DNA from: Callorhinchus milii
Taxonomy: Eukaryota
Direction of reading: 5' to 3'
NCBI RefSeq assembly: GCF_018977255.1
Contig: NW_024704742.1
Location: forward strand, 39,434,001-39,498,000
Length of the DNA stretch: 64,000 nucleotides
Shown: in pieces, positions 14,255 through 27,640 of the stretch
Layout of the letters: every line of letters begins with the position of its first letter
How positions within the stretch are numbered: position 1 is the first letter of the stretch
Made by a program: the position numbers and the translations under genes
Notes under the pieces: model-generated
Told to the model about the DNA's origin: nothing
The model's input: only the letters and a program-made list of their open reading frames with translations
Database searches by the model: none

Positions 14255-15250
14255 CTGCGGTACAGGTCTCCCTCACAAGCCACGGCTCAAGCAGAGTCTC
14301 GCATTCCAGCGAGAGGGATAATCGCTCCCAGTACAACTGTTCGGATGTCGCCCACAAGAAGCTGCTTTCCCCCTTCCCCTTCCCCTTCCCGCCGGGAGAG
14401 ACGGGCGCCCACAGACTCCCCGGCGCTGTGCTGTGCTGTGCAGAGGCGGAACTCTGCGCGATCACCGAGGGGGCCGGACTGAGAGGGGAGGAGAGGAGCT
14501 GAGCTGAGCCGTGCTGTGCTGTGCTGTGCTGTGTTGAGCTGAGCTGTATGTGTATGAGCTGAGCTGAGCTGTGCTGTATGTGCTGAGCTGTATGTGTATG
14601 TGCTGAGCTGTGCTATATGAGCTGTGCTGAGCTGAGCTGCATGTGTATGACCTGAGCTGTATGTGCTGAGCTGTATGTGTATGAGCTGAGCTGTGCTGTC
14701 TGTGCTGAGCTGTATGTGCTGTGCTGAGCTGTATGTGCTGAGCTGTATGTGTATGTGTATGTGCTGAGCTGTATGTGTATGTGTCTGAGCTGTGCTGTCT
14801 GAGCTGAGCTGTATGTGCTGTGCTGTATGTGCTGTGCTGTATGTGTATGTGTCTGAGCTGAGCTGTATGTGCTGTGCTGTCTGAGCTGAGCTGTCTGAGC
14901 TGTGCTGAGCTGTATGTGTATGTGTATGTGCTGAGCTGTATGTGTATGTGTCTGAGCTGTGCTGTCTGAGCTGAGCTGAGCTGTATGTGTCTGAGCTGTA
15001 TGTGCTGTGCTGTCTGAGCTGAGCTGAGCTGTATGTGTCTGAGCTGTATGTGCTGTGCTGTCTGAGCTGAGCTGAGCTGTATGTGCTGTGCTGTCTGAGC
15101 TGAGCTGAGCTGTATGTGCTGTGCTGTGCTGTCTGAGCTGAGCTGTGCTGAGCTGCACTAAGACCCTTTGTTCGGCTGCTCAGCGCCGCTCTGAGACGGT
15201 CGGGGCTGCAGCCGCGGGAAGATCCTGGGATCGGGCGGTCGGGGCTGCGC
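14255..15250 (-). other. HS3ST1: Predicted non-coding exon 1 of HS3ST1 (transcription start uncertain)
   Basis: Consensus donor CAG|GTAACG on the minus strand (GT at 14254-14253) at the edge of the CpG island; predicted intron 10530-14254. Confidence 0.5.
14496..15155. repeat. Complex tandem array of GAGCT, GTGCT, GTCT and TATGTG units with ~33-bp higher-order repeats
   Basis: Directly visible, e.g. ctgagctgagctgagctgtatgtgctgtgctgt repeated at 15060-15130. Confidence 0.97.
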
Positions 15251-15869
15251 TCATTGGCGACTTTTCCGCCTCATCCACATATTTAGACCCTCCCGTGCGC
15301 CCCAATTGACGCACTCGGCTTCGTGTCGCGCCGCTGCCGCCCGACCCCACCAGGTTACCGGGGCACCAGGTCGGCTCTCACCCCTGAGCCGCTGCGCCGA
15401 CACAGCTCGACCTGTGAGAGAAGTGACGGACGGGAAACACTCGTCCCTTTAGTGTGTGCGGTGTGTTGTGTTTTTTTCTCTCCCAAACCCCCCCCCCCCC
15501 CCCCACACACACACACAAGGATTCAGAGGGAGGTGACTCTGCTGCTTCTGTGTCGTCTCATTTCTAGTTGCAGAATTTTTTGAGGAGCTACAGTTGGGGG
15601 TGGGGGGGTGGGTGGTGGGTGGGTGGGTGGGTGGTGGGTGGGTGGGCAGAGCCGCCTGTTGTTAGCGGTGAAGCGACTCCCGAGTTTGATCGGCTTAAGG
15701 TCAAGAGGAGGAATGTCCGCTCGTCAGGGCCGTTAATCGCACCGCGGCTTGGGATGTCCTTTTAACTTTGTGGTTAAGAGTCTTCACGTGCATCTTCCGA
15801 TTGCAGCTGTACCGCACTTCCACGCAGAGTGCTCCTCACCCGAAACAAATGCCACAAGTGCTTCGCCTA

Positions 15870-16020
15870 ATAATAATTAATAATAATCCTTGCATTTGGT
15901 TTAGCGCCTTATCACGTCCGTTGAGACGTCTCAAAGCGCTTCACAGGATATGCTGCAAAGTGAATTGATTGTATATTTTGTGGGTGAAGCGCAGAAGCCA
16001 ATTGTGCACAGAGATGTCAT
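15870..16020 (-). mobile_element. SINE 3' half
   Basis: (AAT)n-ccttgcatttg...aagcgcttcacag tail, reversed. Confidence 0.75.
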
Positions 16021-19000
16021 GAGACTAATTTAAAGTGAAGTGAATGCTCTTATGAAGGCAGACAGCTATTTTGCACCAGCAACTCAGAACAACAACCAGA
16101 TGAGCCCCAGACCACCGATCAGAATTTTCTGGTGATGAATTTGGAAAGGATTATTCCTTGAAGATTGCAGATTCTTTAACATTCACTTGAACCGTTAGGC
16201 AGATGGACCTCTGGGCTAATGAACCCTTCCAGAAAGGGTTGAAAACTGGAATAAATAATGCTGTACTTGCATTCCGTATACATCCTATCACATCAAAACA
16301 TTTCGAAGCACCTAATAAAAGTAGTTACTTTGAAGTGTAGTGAATATAAGATCGGTGAGTGCGCAGCCAAACTCCCACAAGATGAGATGAACAGCCAATT
16401 ACATTATTTTGGGGGTGAGAAGGATGTAGAAGGAGCACTGATTTCACATTTCACTATGCTGCAAATACATTTACCTGTCAGTGAAAAGAAATTATAAACA
16501 AAGCAAGAGAAAAGAGGGATTCAAGGAAGAGAGAGGGAGGGAGAGAGCTTGGACCCAGAGTAGCACCCAATATGAACGCAAGCGGATTGGGAGCCTAGAT
16601 CAGCACAATTCTGACATTGTTTTTATCTTTGTGTCTATTCTCTTACCTGTGAGGAGTCAGATCCATTAGTGCCTGGAGTTAGTAATGGAGCTAGAGTTTA
16701 ATCTGCGGCTATATATTGCAGCTGACAGTCTCAACTCTCAAGGTTCGGACTGACCACACAAAACGGACTATATTTTACCATAAACTGAGGTTGACTTATT
16801 AGAATCTAAATACAACTGAATTTTAAGGTAGCTAAATATGTACAGGATTTTTTGTGTGAAATGGCAATTGAGTGTAAAGTAGGCTGTAAGGATGCCTGGT
16901 GTGGGAAGTGGAATGGTTCATCACTTGTGCATACTTCTCCTGCTGGCATTGAGGGATCTTCATTTTGCTGTGCCTGACATTATTCAGCGCTACAACTAAG
17001 CAAGAAAACTGCACAGCTAATCAGACATACAGTGGCATTAGCTGAGGCCTATCCATCCTCTTCATAAGCAAATGCTTCAAATTCGAGAAGTGAAAGGTGA
17101 GAAAATACAATTTGGTAAAAATATTTTTAAAAAGTCTTTTTTTAGCAAAAACAGCGAGGAATGAGTGTTATAAACAGAACATGCTTCAGGGGTCAGTATA
17201 GTATGACATTTATGTGCACTTAGAAGCTAAGTAATAACTATCTCATAAATACACTGTGTGAGCTGTCAGGCTTGGCTCATTCATGGAAATGTGTTTCCAT
17301 ACATGTATTTTGCCTACAAATATGCATTCACTACATTTTGCAGTAAATCCTGTGAAGCGATGTGAGACTTTTTGACAATGTAATAGGATGCTATATTGAA
17401 TGCAAATATTTTTTATATTTTTCTGAAATCATAGTGTTCCAAACAGTGCATGCACAAGTAATGGAGGGCGGGTGGAAGGGGGAGAATGGATGGGTGGGGG
17501 GAACGTTCTCAATAATCCTGAACATTAGCCGATCCTGGATAGAGGAGTCCACCTGATTCTCTGCTGCTGGGCACATTTGTAATGAGCCTGCAAATATAAA
17601 AGTTATTTGAAGTAGTTTTCAAAAATGGAAACAGTTTGTCAAATTGATGGCTTATAAACCTTGTGGAGATCATTTGGCAGGATTTATTTCCACACAAAAG
17701 CTTCACTCTTGGATTATGCCGAATATTCCATTTCTCACCAGCGCTTTCTGCTGTTGATCACAAGTAAACTGATTTTACATTATTCTTTGAGTTTTGAACA
17801 GTATCTCTCATCTCTCCTAATTGCTAATGGACTCTGAATTTATACATAATTACTGTAGTATCAAACCATGTAATAGATGAACACTGGAACAAACAGGACA
17901 GAAAGGAACTGCAAGAACAAATTCATTACTCCATTTAAACGAATAGCATCATAGCCTGAAGGACATATTTACCTGGGTTAAATATAGCTTTCTATTTATT
18001 TAAATGAATAGTTGGCCCATATAATTCAGCTTGCAGACTGATCTCTTAACTAGGTGAGGGAGCATGAGAGAAAGTTCTTACCATTACAGCTGTGATGGAA
18101 TATAGATGGAAGTTCAGTCGTGGATTCTTAAACAAATACTAAAATTCAACTCTTAGTACACTTGAAAAATCAATGCAAATAATTTTTAAAAACTAAATGA
18201 ACTTGTGTGACACACCTATTTGGATCAGCCAGAGCCTTTTTGCAAGGCTGATGGTCAGGCATAGACTTGTTACAATCTGACAAGACAGCAAGTCCCTGTG
18301 CCAGGAACATACACTTTGTACAACTTTTGTCAGAGATTGACAGAGCGCACAAAAATAATCCTTTCATTTGATATAGAGCCTTTGACGTCGGGAGGATGCC
18401 TCAAAGTGCTTCACAAGATAGACAGTTAAATGGTGTGACTGTGAGTATTTAGTTAGCAAATACAATAGCCAAATTTGAACACAGCAATGACCCACAAGAA
18501 ACCTTGAAGTAAATGACCATTTTTTTATTTGGGGCATTGTTGACCCTGACAAAAGAACAAACTCTTCTCTTTTCAAGAGTACATGCAGAAACAGTCGGAA
18601 GGATAGGAGACATTTCCAGAACCAGGGCCTAGTTCTTTTTTTAACAATAAAGGATACTCATTAAAATGCTGAAAGTGGAGGGTGAATGATAAAATCAGTG
18701 GTATTGTCAGCATGAGATGGTGCGTAGATAAATTTCATGTATGATGTAAAAACATTTTCTAAATTTATGCAAATCTTTTGTTGTGCATATATGACAATGT
18801 AGAAGGAGTGTAGGCTGTTCTAATATTCCTCACATCTGTTTGTGGATTGCCTCACTGTGCAGAGAGATATGCAATTGGCATGAAAATACCCTTAGCAGGA
18901 GCACACTGAGAAACTAGGGTGAGTGTAATTCCCCAAAGCACATTGTAATAATTTCTTATAGAACTGTTTGCAATCCAGCTGTGAGAGATACAAGGAGTGT

Positions 19001-22000
19001 ATGAACTTAAACATCAGTAAGATTTAACAATGTGGTGTTGTAAAATGCCTTTGACCTAATTCATGTAAAGCTGAACTAACTACACCTTGTTTTTATAAGC
19101 GTAATTCATTAAAATTAATTTGTGCTTTTTAAAAATTTCCTGTAAATTCCAGTGCACACTTTAATTACAACAACAACAACTTGCACTTAACTTGCACCCT
19201 CCATGCAGGGTAGTGTATCAGAGCGGTTAACAGTGGTAGAACCTGACTCTGACCCTGTAAATCCAGATTATGGCTAATATATTGACCTATACTTTTAAGG
19301 GCATGATAGATGTTGAGGTTTTGTGTAGGCATGATCTTTACATCAGTGCAACCAATACACCAAATCATATCGTAATAGACCCCGCGAGGCATAGAGGTAA
19401 ACATTTCAAATGAGCCATGTGACAAATGGCTATAATGTTGAATATATATAGCTAGAGACTGCATGGGCAAATGGCACGTAGTGTTCAACATAATCCTTCC
19501 CACAGATTTAAGTGAATTGCAGACTACATGAAACAAAACAATGCACTTTATTGACACAAGCCTGTAACCTAGCAAATAATTCACTAGTGTACACAGCATG
19601 GTAAACAACCATCACATACCGTAGTTACCTATTATACACATTGTGGTTGAATTTATGGTGATTCATAACATGTTGCACATTACCACACCTGTCAACTCAT
19701 TCTGGTAACTAGATATGGTTTGCATAGGGTAAAGTTCCCGCTAGTCATTGTGACACATCCAGTTATTACTTGAGTTGCTTACAGTAAAATCGAGTTGTTA
19801 TTTTCATTTCCTCTTATGAACATACTGCCACATATCGCTACATATTGCACGCTACTGTACAACTGTTACAGGAATGTAAAATGCAAACTAGAACTTGAAA
19901 GAGAAAAACTGGGTTAATATTTTGGATACCTTCATTAGAACATGAAATAGAATACTGAATTCAGGCTTTCAGGGCTTACTAATTGTTTCTGCGCTCTTTC
20001 CATTTTTTCTCAAGATGCTTTGAATGAAGGAAGAGAGCACCACTCCTCTTCAGATCGTTTATTAGAAGCAATGAACTTTTAAAACATCTGTAACAGAGCC
20101 TGATCCTCAGCCATAACAGTGATTAATACTATCAAGTTTGTTAAGCGTAACAATAGCACAAAGCACCTACACAACAATGGAACAATATTTTTCTTCCCTT
20201 AGAAAAACTACAAGTGTTTGATTTAGTTCTATGGTATATGTTATAGCGTTTATGATAATATTCATATGTGATATATAATAATAACTTTGCACTTAATATA
20301 ACATTGTTCACATCAGGCAGCCATCTCAAAGTGCTTGACAGGATATACTGTAAAATGTACTCACTGTGCAATTTCCTCCCAAAACTAATATTCCTGGAAG
20401 AGAACAATGATAAATATACAATCTTTATAGGCAGACTTATTTAATTTCTGAGAAACGCATGGTCTTTTTAATGTGGTTAAATAAAACAGAACTGACCTTT
20501 GTGACTCAGAGTTGTGTGAAATCACGCAGGCCTGTGACAGGTAATACAGGAGTGTCAAGAGTGATACAATGTGAGGTATGCAAGCTGAAGTGGAGGTGAG
20601 GGGGGAGAGAGAGAGATGCAACCTGAACCAGTTCAGCTGCGTTAGACATTACAGTAACATAAAGAATGAAGGGAGAAAAAGTTATGAGGCTTATGTCATC
20701 TTACTCCAATGTTCTTTATGTTATTTATATAAACATCTATAATAATAATAATAATAATAATATATAAATTTACTAATGGCACGAAGGAGGTGTTTACACA
20801 TAGATAAAAGGTCAAAGACAAAAGTCTGAAATTTTTGTTCCCTATAGCAAACTGAACAAAGCTTCTAGAAGTATGTCTAACATTAGAATATACATCAGTA
20901 ACATATGACTTGTTACATTCGACAGATATTTCCATGGGTCAGCACCATTGTGTTCTGGGTGATGTTGGTGATGGGAGGCTAAAAAAGTTGAACAGATTGT
21001 TGACCAGCAGCCAGAGATTCAAGAAGGCATGATCTGATTGTGATTGGAAGACATGGAACTGAGAGTAGTGTCTTGACCAGAAGATAAATAACTTTTGAAT
21101 ACATCTGCAATTCAAAACATCTCAAATAATTTCGCAATAATACTATCAGTGTGGTGACTGTGCTTGTAGACAAGTGCAGCAGATATTTTGCTCACAGCCA
21201 GATCCCACCAATAGCCATGAGGTGAATGACAATGGCTGTTTGTGGAATATTGTTGTGTTCAATTGGAGTGCCACGTTGGCCTACAAATATAGTCACTCCA
21301 CATCAGAGTAATGTCCTATGAAGCACTTTGAGACATCCTCTTGATGTGAGAAATGCTATAAAAGGATGATTATTATTATAATGATTCTGAAGGATTGGTG
21401 ACCAGGGGAAATCCGCCGTGTGGTTTTTCTTCATGTCAAGGGATCTTTAACATTCACTTGCAAAAACTGGGAAATGGGATCGCGGTTTAACTTCTTATCT
21501 GAAGAATAACATCTGCAGTAGTAGAGTAGTCCCCCAATAGTACGCTGTTGAATCAGCCTAGACTAGCAGGGAATGAAGGTGAGAGGATGCATGTTAGGAA
21601 CGAGCAGCACATAATCAGCAACCGAAAAACTGATTCATGACGAGCTAAGCAGTGACTCCTGAAGGAATAATATTACCATGTAAAGCTCAGAACAGCCCAT
21701 TCTTGGCAGACTTGCGATTTGTGTCTTTCAGGCCCCGACAGTCATGACTGATATCATCATTCTGAGCTCATCCACTAACTTCCTGTGCAGCCTGTTCATT
21801 TAAATCTTTCGAATACCAGAGTATTGATTTTATGCATGTACGAAAAGATCTTCCGGCAGGAATGGTGCTTCAATATTAGATTTAGTTTCTGTTGCTATGG
21901 TTTTTGTGAAAGAGCAAATATTCTAATATTTGAAATATTTTTAAAATTAAAATTGTAAACTATTTTGCCAAAAAAATGATATATTTTTTTCATTAAGTGT

Positions 22001-22929
22001 CTGGAACAATCGTCCATCTTGCTTAGAATTGCTAATTTTGATATGTTTGTCACAGCACATAAATGCTGCCACATTCAGAATTTAACATCTTGAAAACCTG
22101 CATTTCATTTCAAATTCAGTGTCAGCACCCAAAACAACACTATACATTGTACAGATCAATCGACACAAGGACAGCAAAATTAAGTCACTACAAAATTGAC
22201 ATTTCAACATTACTGAAAAATCCAATAAAAAAGGGGACTGTGTGTTTAGAAAACTGTGCTGTCACCTCTGAGACCTGGTGTGAATGAACATCTCTCTGCT
22301 GGTTGTAAGACTCCCACACTAAATGTGTTTGGATATTCTCAACGGTCAGCATTGGTCACATAACCAACCATGATTTGGGAATGAAACTGAAAAGTGTGTC
22401 ACTGACATTCTTCTTCGGCTTCGGTGCATTGTGGAAGGAAGAGAATACCTTTACTCTGCAGACAGTTGTGCAGTACCTAATTTTAGTGTGGGAAGAAAAT
22501 AATAGTCAAATAGATGTGGATAGTGAAACCCCTATGGAACTTTAAACTCTATTTTTGTGGAGGTATGTGTGAAGGCACTTTTGACAGTAACTGGATGTTA
22601 ACTGCAGTCGAGGTATCACACTACATTACAGATGTGCATTTTTCTACTTACATTTCCTCAGTATGTTATGTCATCCAATGGGAAACTATTGTTATATAAG
22701 TGTGCTACTCTTGCAGCCACAAATGGTTTACTTAACCAACGCAATGAACATAGCTTATAGTGGTCTGGCAGGAAAAATATTGGACATCACCCAATATGGA
22801 CCACATTATACTGAGGCAGAAATGACCTAATTTTCTTAGAATATTAAGCCTACTTTCTTTCCATTATAGTAGGGTGGTGCAACCTTTTGGCTGCCGGTGC
22901 CCAGATTCCTTATTTGAGCCTGCTGAACA

Positions 22930-24470
22930 GAGGTAGCGGACAGGTTGATAGGGGTTCAGAGATGTAGGAAAGGGCAAGGCTGAGGGATGGGGAGTCAGTG
23001 GAGCCGGGCGAGGGTGGGGCTGATGGAGTCATGGAACCTGGTGCAGGAGAGGACACGAGCTGCAGAGTTCTGGATGATCTGCAGCGTGTAGAGGGAAGAA
23101 TTGGGAAGCTGACAAGGAGGGAGTTTCCGTGGTCGAGCCTTGGGGATGAATGTGTGAATGAGAGTTTTGGTGGCCTGAGGGGTGAGGCAGATGCAGAGTT
23201 GAGCAATGTTGTGGAGGTGAGGGAAAGCAGAGTGGGTCATGGCATAGATATACAGATATGGGGGAGAAAGGACAGTTGAGGGTCGAACAAGATGCCCAGG
23301 TTCCTGACTGGCTTGGTCAGGTGGATTGTGCATCCATGGATGATGATACTGCCAGTGCCTGAGGTGAGGAGGTGCTGGCGCGAACCGATCAGAGGGGCCT
23401 AGGTCTTGCTGACACTCAGCTGTTGAAAGTTAGCTCTTATCCAGGACTTGATGTCTGACAGAGAGTCTGTCAGGATGTCACTTGTCCTGGAATCAAGGGT
23501 GGAGGCAGAGAGATAGAGTTGAATGTCATCCGCATACATGTGGAAGTTAACCCATATCTGTGGATAATGTTACCAAGCGAGAGGAGGGTACCAAGGACAA
23601 AGACTCAAGGAACACTACATGAGCCTGTGCGGGGGCTGAAAGAGAAACAGTTGGTGGAGACAAATAATAATAATAATAATAATCCTTGCATTTGATATAG
23701 CGCTTTTCACGTCGGGAGGACGTCCCAAAGCGCTTCACAGAACACACTGTAAAGTGAATTGACTGTATATTTGTGGGCAAACGCGGCAGCCAATTGTGCA
23801 CAGCAATGTCCCACAAACAGTCGTAGATTGAAAATGGCCAATTTTATTATTGTTTATGGTTTTGGAGGGATTATTATTAGGCGTGTGGAGTAAGGAAACT
23901 TGCCCAAGGTTTCGCCCTGCCTGGAATTGAACTCGGGTCTCTTGCTTGCAAAGCGAGTGCTCTAACCACTGAGCTACAGGACTCCACGAGATTGGAGATG
24001 GTGTGAGAGATAAGACCTGAACCATTCAAGGACAGAACCTTGAAGGTTGAGTTGAGAGGAAAGCGAGTGGAGGAGGATGGAATGGTTCACAGTATCGAAG
24101 GCAGCAGAGAGGTCGAGGAGGACTAGGAGGCAGAAGGAGCTTTGATCTCGGATGGACAGGATGTTGTTTGTGACCTTGACCAAAGCAGTTTCCATGCTGT
24201 GAACAGCACAGAAACCCGATTGGAGGGGCTCGTGAAGGGAGTGGTAGGAGAGGAAGGAGCGAAGCTGGGAAGCAACAACTCTTTCAAGGACCTTGGAAAG
24301 AAAAGGGAATTTGGAGATGGGCCAGTAGTTACAAAGCAGGGATGGGTCCAGGGAAGGTTTTCTTCAGGATGTGAGCTGCTTTTAGGGGGTTGGGAACGGT
24401 GCCAGATGACAGGGAGAAATTGATAGTGTCGGAGAGTAGAGGGGCGAGGAGGTGGTGCTGGGAGGTAAGG
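22930..24470 (-). mobile_element. L2 LINE RT-region fragment interrupted by a SINE
   Basis: ETALVKVTNNIL, LLDLSAAFDTVNH, HMYADDIQL, LQIIQNSAARVL across broken frames. Confidence 0.9.
23663..23986 (-). mobile_element. Young tRNA(Ala)-derived SINE, full length, nested in L2
   Basis: Near-identical to 36025-36349 in reverse orientation; CpGs are retained. Confidence 0.92.
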
Positions 24471-26349
24471 AGTCTGGGTTTTATTAATGCAGCACATTTG
24501 TAGTTTTAGTAGACCTCTGATAAACGCTTAATATTTTGTTAATTTAATGCTGCATAATAATAATAATAATTCTTACATTTGGTCTAGCACCTTTCACATT
24601 GGGAGGATCTACCAAAGTGTTTCATGGAATATACTCTTAGGTGCAGGGACTTTGTGGTCAAACACAGTAGCAAATGTGTGCACAGCAATGTCCCACAAAC
24701 AGCCATTCAGTGAATGACAACAACAGCAACAACTTGCATTTATATAGTTCCCTTCACGCAGGTTAGCATTTCAGAGTGCTTAAGCTAATTTTGATTTGGA
24801 GGATTGTTGCCCACCAAGAGAAACTCGCTTCTCTTTTCAAATAGTATTATTGCAGCATCAGAAGGTGCTATATTGGTAGTATGGACCCCAAATCTGGCTC
24901 ACTGTCACAAAAGCTTTCAAATTTGACAAACAGCACTTCTGTGATTTATTAATAAGTACTTCCTTATTTCCACTCCTCCATAGTCAACAGTGGAAAATTC
25001 CATAATCTGCCTTCAAGAGAAAGGGTTTAAAGTACAACTCTAATGCCTTATAGTTGCAACTCCTAGAATGAACTTTTGTCTACGTGATGCCTGAAGCGTA
25101 CAATAAAGGGGAAGGACAATGATCTCATGAAAAGATGCTTGGTGAACTATTTCTATTGAGAGTTGGCAAACACTTGATAACATTTTGTAATGATCTTACA
25201 GTTGATCAACCAATACTGTGATTGATACCTACCTCACAATGTGCATATATTATCACATTTAAGTTTAAGAAATCTTGAGCATTTAGGTTGTTAGCATTAA
25301 AGTAAGCTAATTTATGTGATTGTGACAATAATTGCTAGAAAAAAATGACCTTCATGGATAAAATATGTAATGCTGCATTTATATTGTGTGTTTGTAGTGA
25401 AAAGGCAGCAGTATAAACAGGGGTTGAGCCAATGTGAATCACATTTGATATGAGAGGCCTATGCTTTATCAACATAACTTCTGCAATAGAACTGGGTTTG
25501 TTTTTTGTGCTCCATTTCAAGCTCCTTTACTAATTCTCTGAACTATCCATGGACTTTGTGGATTGTTCCTAAATATTAGTGAAGACTTGGCCGCATAATT
25601 GGCTATTTAATAACATGAAAACACTAACACACAATTTTGTTGTTTTCTGCGAACCGATAACTCAATAACATCTGTGCATCTTTTTTCTTTATGGCGTTGA
25701 TGTGGTGTGATTCACTCCATTTCCAGCAATACAATACAATATTTTGGATCAATCTACAGTTAAACCCAACTTGGTTCAATGCGAATAACTGTAGAATACC
25801 CAGTACAGTATGAAGGTAGCAGTGACTCAACCTGTATGTGTACAAATACTGCACAATTTCCTGTTTGTAGTTTTCAGGTACCGGAAGCTTTGCATTAAGT
25901 AGGATTTTCAACTTTATTCATCTTTTCCTTTGAATGTATAAAAGATTGAATTTCACATAGAATTTAATGAGTGCACTGTCTGAATCACTGAGATTAGACT
26001 GTGGCTAATCCCAGTGATAAACAACATTTATCCCTGGATCCTCTGTCTGATTCAGCTTGAGGGACTGAATCTTTCCTGTATGTATAGAATAATAATAATC
26101 CTTTCATTTGATGTTGTAGCTTACGATGTTCTTGAGACATATATCCTGCTACCATCTTCTGTAGTGGCCTCTATGTGATGGTCGTCCCTTCTCTGTGTCT
26201 TGTGAGTAACTGCATTAATAAGTAGCAGTGCGAACAATTCTGAAAAGTTTGTGAATACAAACTGATCTACGCTGAATATGTTCACGTGGTGTCACAATTC
26301 AGATTAACTAAGTCCTTCTAGAAAAGTATAGGAACAGGTATTTGACTGA

Positions 26350-26608
26350 TTCTGGCCTTCTGCATGTCTCTCGTGCCCTTTGTTGCACCTTTGGTGGCCA
26401 CACTTTCAGCCACTACGCCCCGAAACTCTGGAATACTCTTCCTCTATTCCTCCCCCTTGCCCCTTCCTTCCCCATCTTCAGGTTGTGCCCCAAGACCTTT
26501 CTATTTGACTGAGCTTATGATTACCTCCCCCTCCCCACTGGCTTGGCGTTGTGCGCTTTGGGACGCTACCCTATGTGAGGGGCGCTATATAAATGCAAGT
26601 TGTTGTTC
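26350..26608 (+). mobile_element. L2 3' fragment
   Basis: ttcagccactacgccccgaaactctggaa; stem-loop and gttgttgtt tail. Confidence 0.8.
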
Positions 26609-26636
26609 TAACACTCACACAATTCAAACTGTCTGT

Positions 26637-27640
26637 AATAATAATAATCTTTACATTTGGGATAGTGCCTTTCATATCAACAGGATGCTCCAAAACACTT
26701 CATAGGATATACTGTAAAAGTGGAGTGACTGTGTATCTTGTGGGCAAATATGGCAGTTGATTTTGTACACGCAATGTCTCACGACAGCCATGGAGTAAAT
26801 GACCAATGTTATTTGGGGGATCGTTTGCCAGTACACAGTGAGAATCTCCCTTCTCTTCTCTAATAGTATCATGGGATCTTTAACCTTCACCTGAACAAGT
26901 AGATGGGACCTTAGTTTAATGTCTCATCGAACCTTTATAAAACACTGGTTAGGCCTCAGCTAGAGTGTGTTCAGCTCTGGGCACCACACGTCAGGAAGGA
27001 TGTCAAGGCATTGGAGACGGTGCAAAGGAGATGTACCAGGATGGTACCAGGAATAAGGAACTTCAGTTATCAGGAGAGGCTAGAGAAGCCAGGATTATTC
27101 TCCTTGGAGCAGAGAAGGTTAAGAGGAGACAAAATAGAAGTTTTCAAAATTATGAGGGGATTCAATAGGGTGAACAAGGAGAAACTATTTCCACTGGCAG
27201 GTGGGTTGGTAACCTGAGGACACTGATTTAAAATAGTTGTTAAAAGAAACAGAGGGGAGGTGAGGAGACATTTTTTTACATAGCAATTTGTTCGTATCTG
27301 GAATGCATTGCCTGAAAGGGTGGTGGAAGCTGATTTGATAACAGCTTTTAAGAGAGAAGTAGATAATTATTTGGGGAGGACAAGTTTGCAGAGCTATGGG
27401 GAGAGAGCGGGGAAGTGGGATTGATTTGGATAGCTCTTTCACAGAGCCGGCACAGACGCGATGGGCCAAACGGCCTCCTTCTGTGCTGTATAATTCTATG
27501 AACCTCCAACAATGCAACACAGCCTCAGCAACTGCATTGAGGTGTCATCTTGAATATGAATTCCAACTGCTGATGTGGGCTTGAATCTACAACCTTCTGA
27601 CTCGGAGGCAAGAAGGTTACTAACTGAGCCAGGCTGACAT
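26637..27640 (-). mobile_element. DeuSINE-like element split by a CR1 insertion
   Basis: Tail and Deu-like domain at 26637-26930; head at 27505-27640 (ccttctgactc...actgagccaggct). Confidence 0.75.
26935..27499 (+). mobile_element. CR1 (HER1-like) 3' end
   Basis: LETVQRRCTRMVPG, LFSLEQRRLRGD; end gggccaaacggcctccttctgtgctgtataattctatg; GAACCT on both sides. Confidence 0.9.

Larger units (their letters stand above)
14100..15460. promoter_or_regulatory. CpG island and putative HS3ST1 promoter
   Basis: Densest CpG segment in an otherwise CpG-depleted window. GC box 15233-15238, CCAAT elements at 15253-15257 (minus) and 15302-15306, TAAATA (minus) at 15285-15280. Confidence 0.7.

Noticed and set aside
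14423..14445. REST/NRSE site
   Set aside because: Only half-site similarity, with wrong spacing.
14613..15158. 181-aa repetitive ORF (STAHTAQLSSD repeats)
   Set aside because: GTG start; open only because the repeat lacks stops on that strand. No coding evidence.
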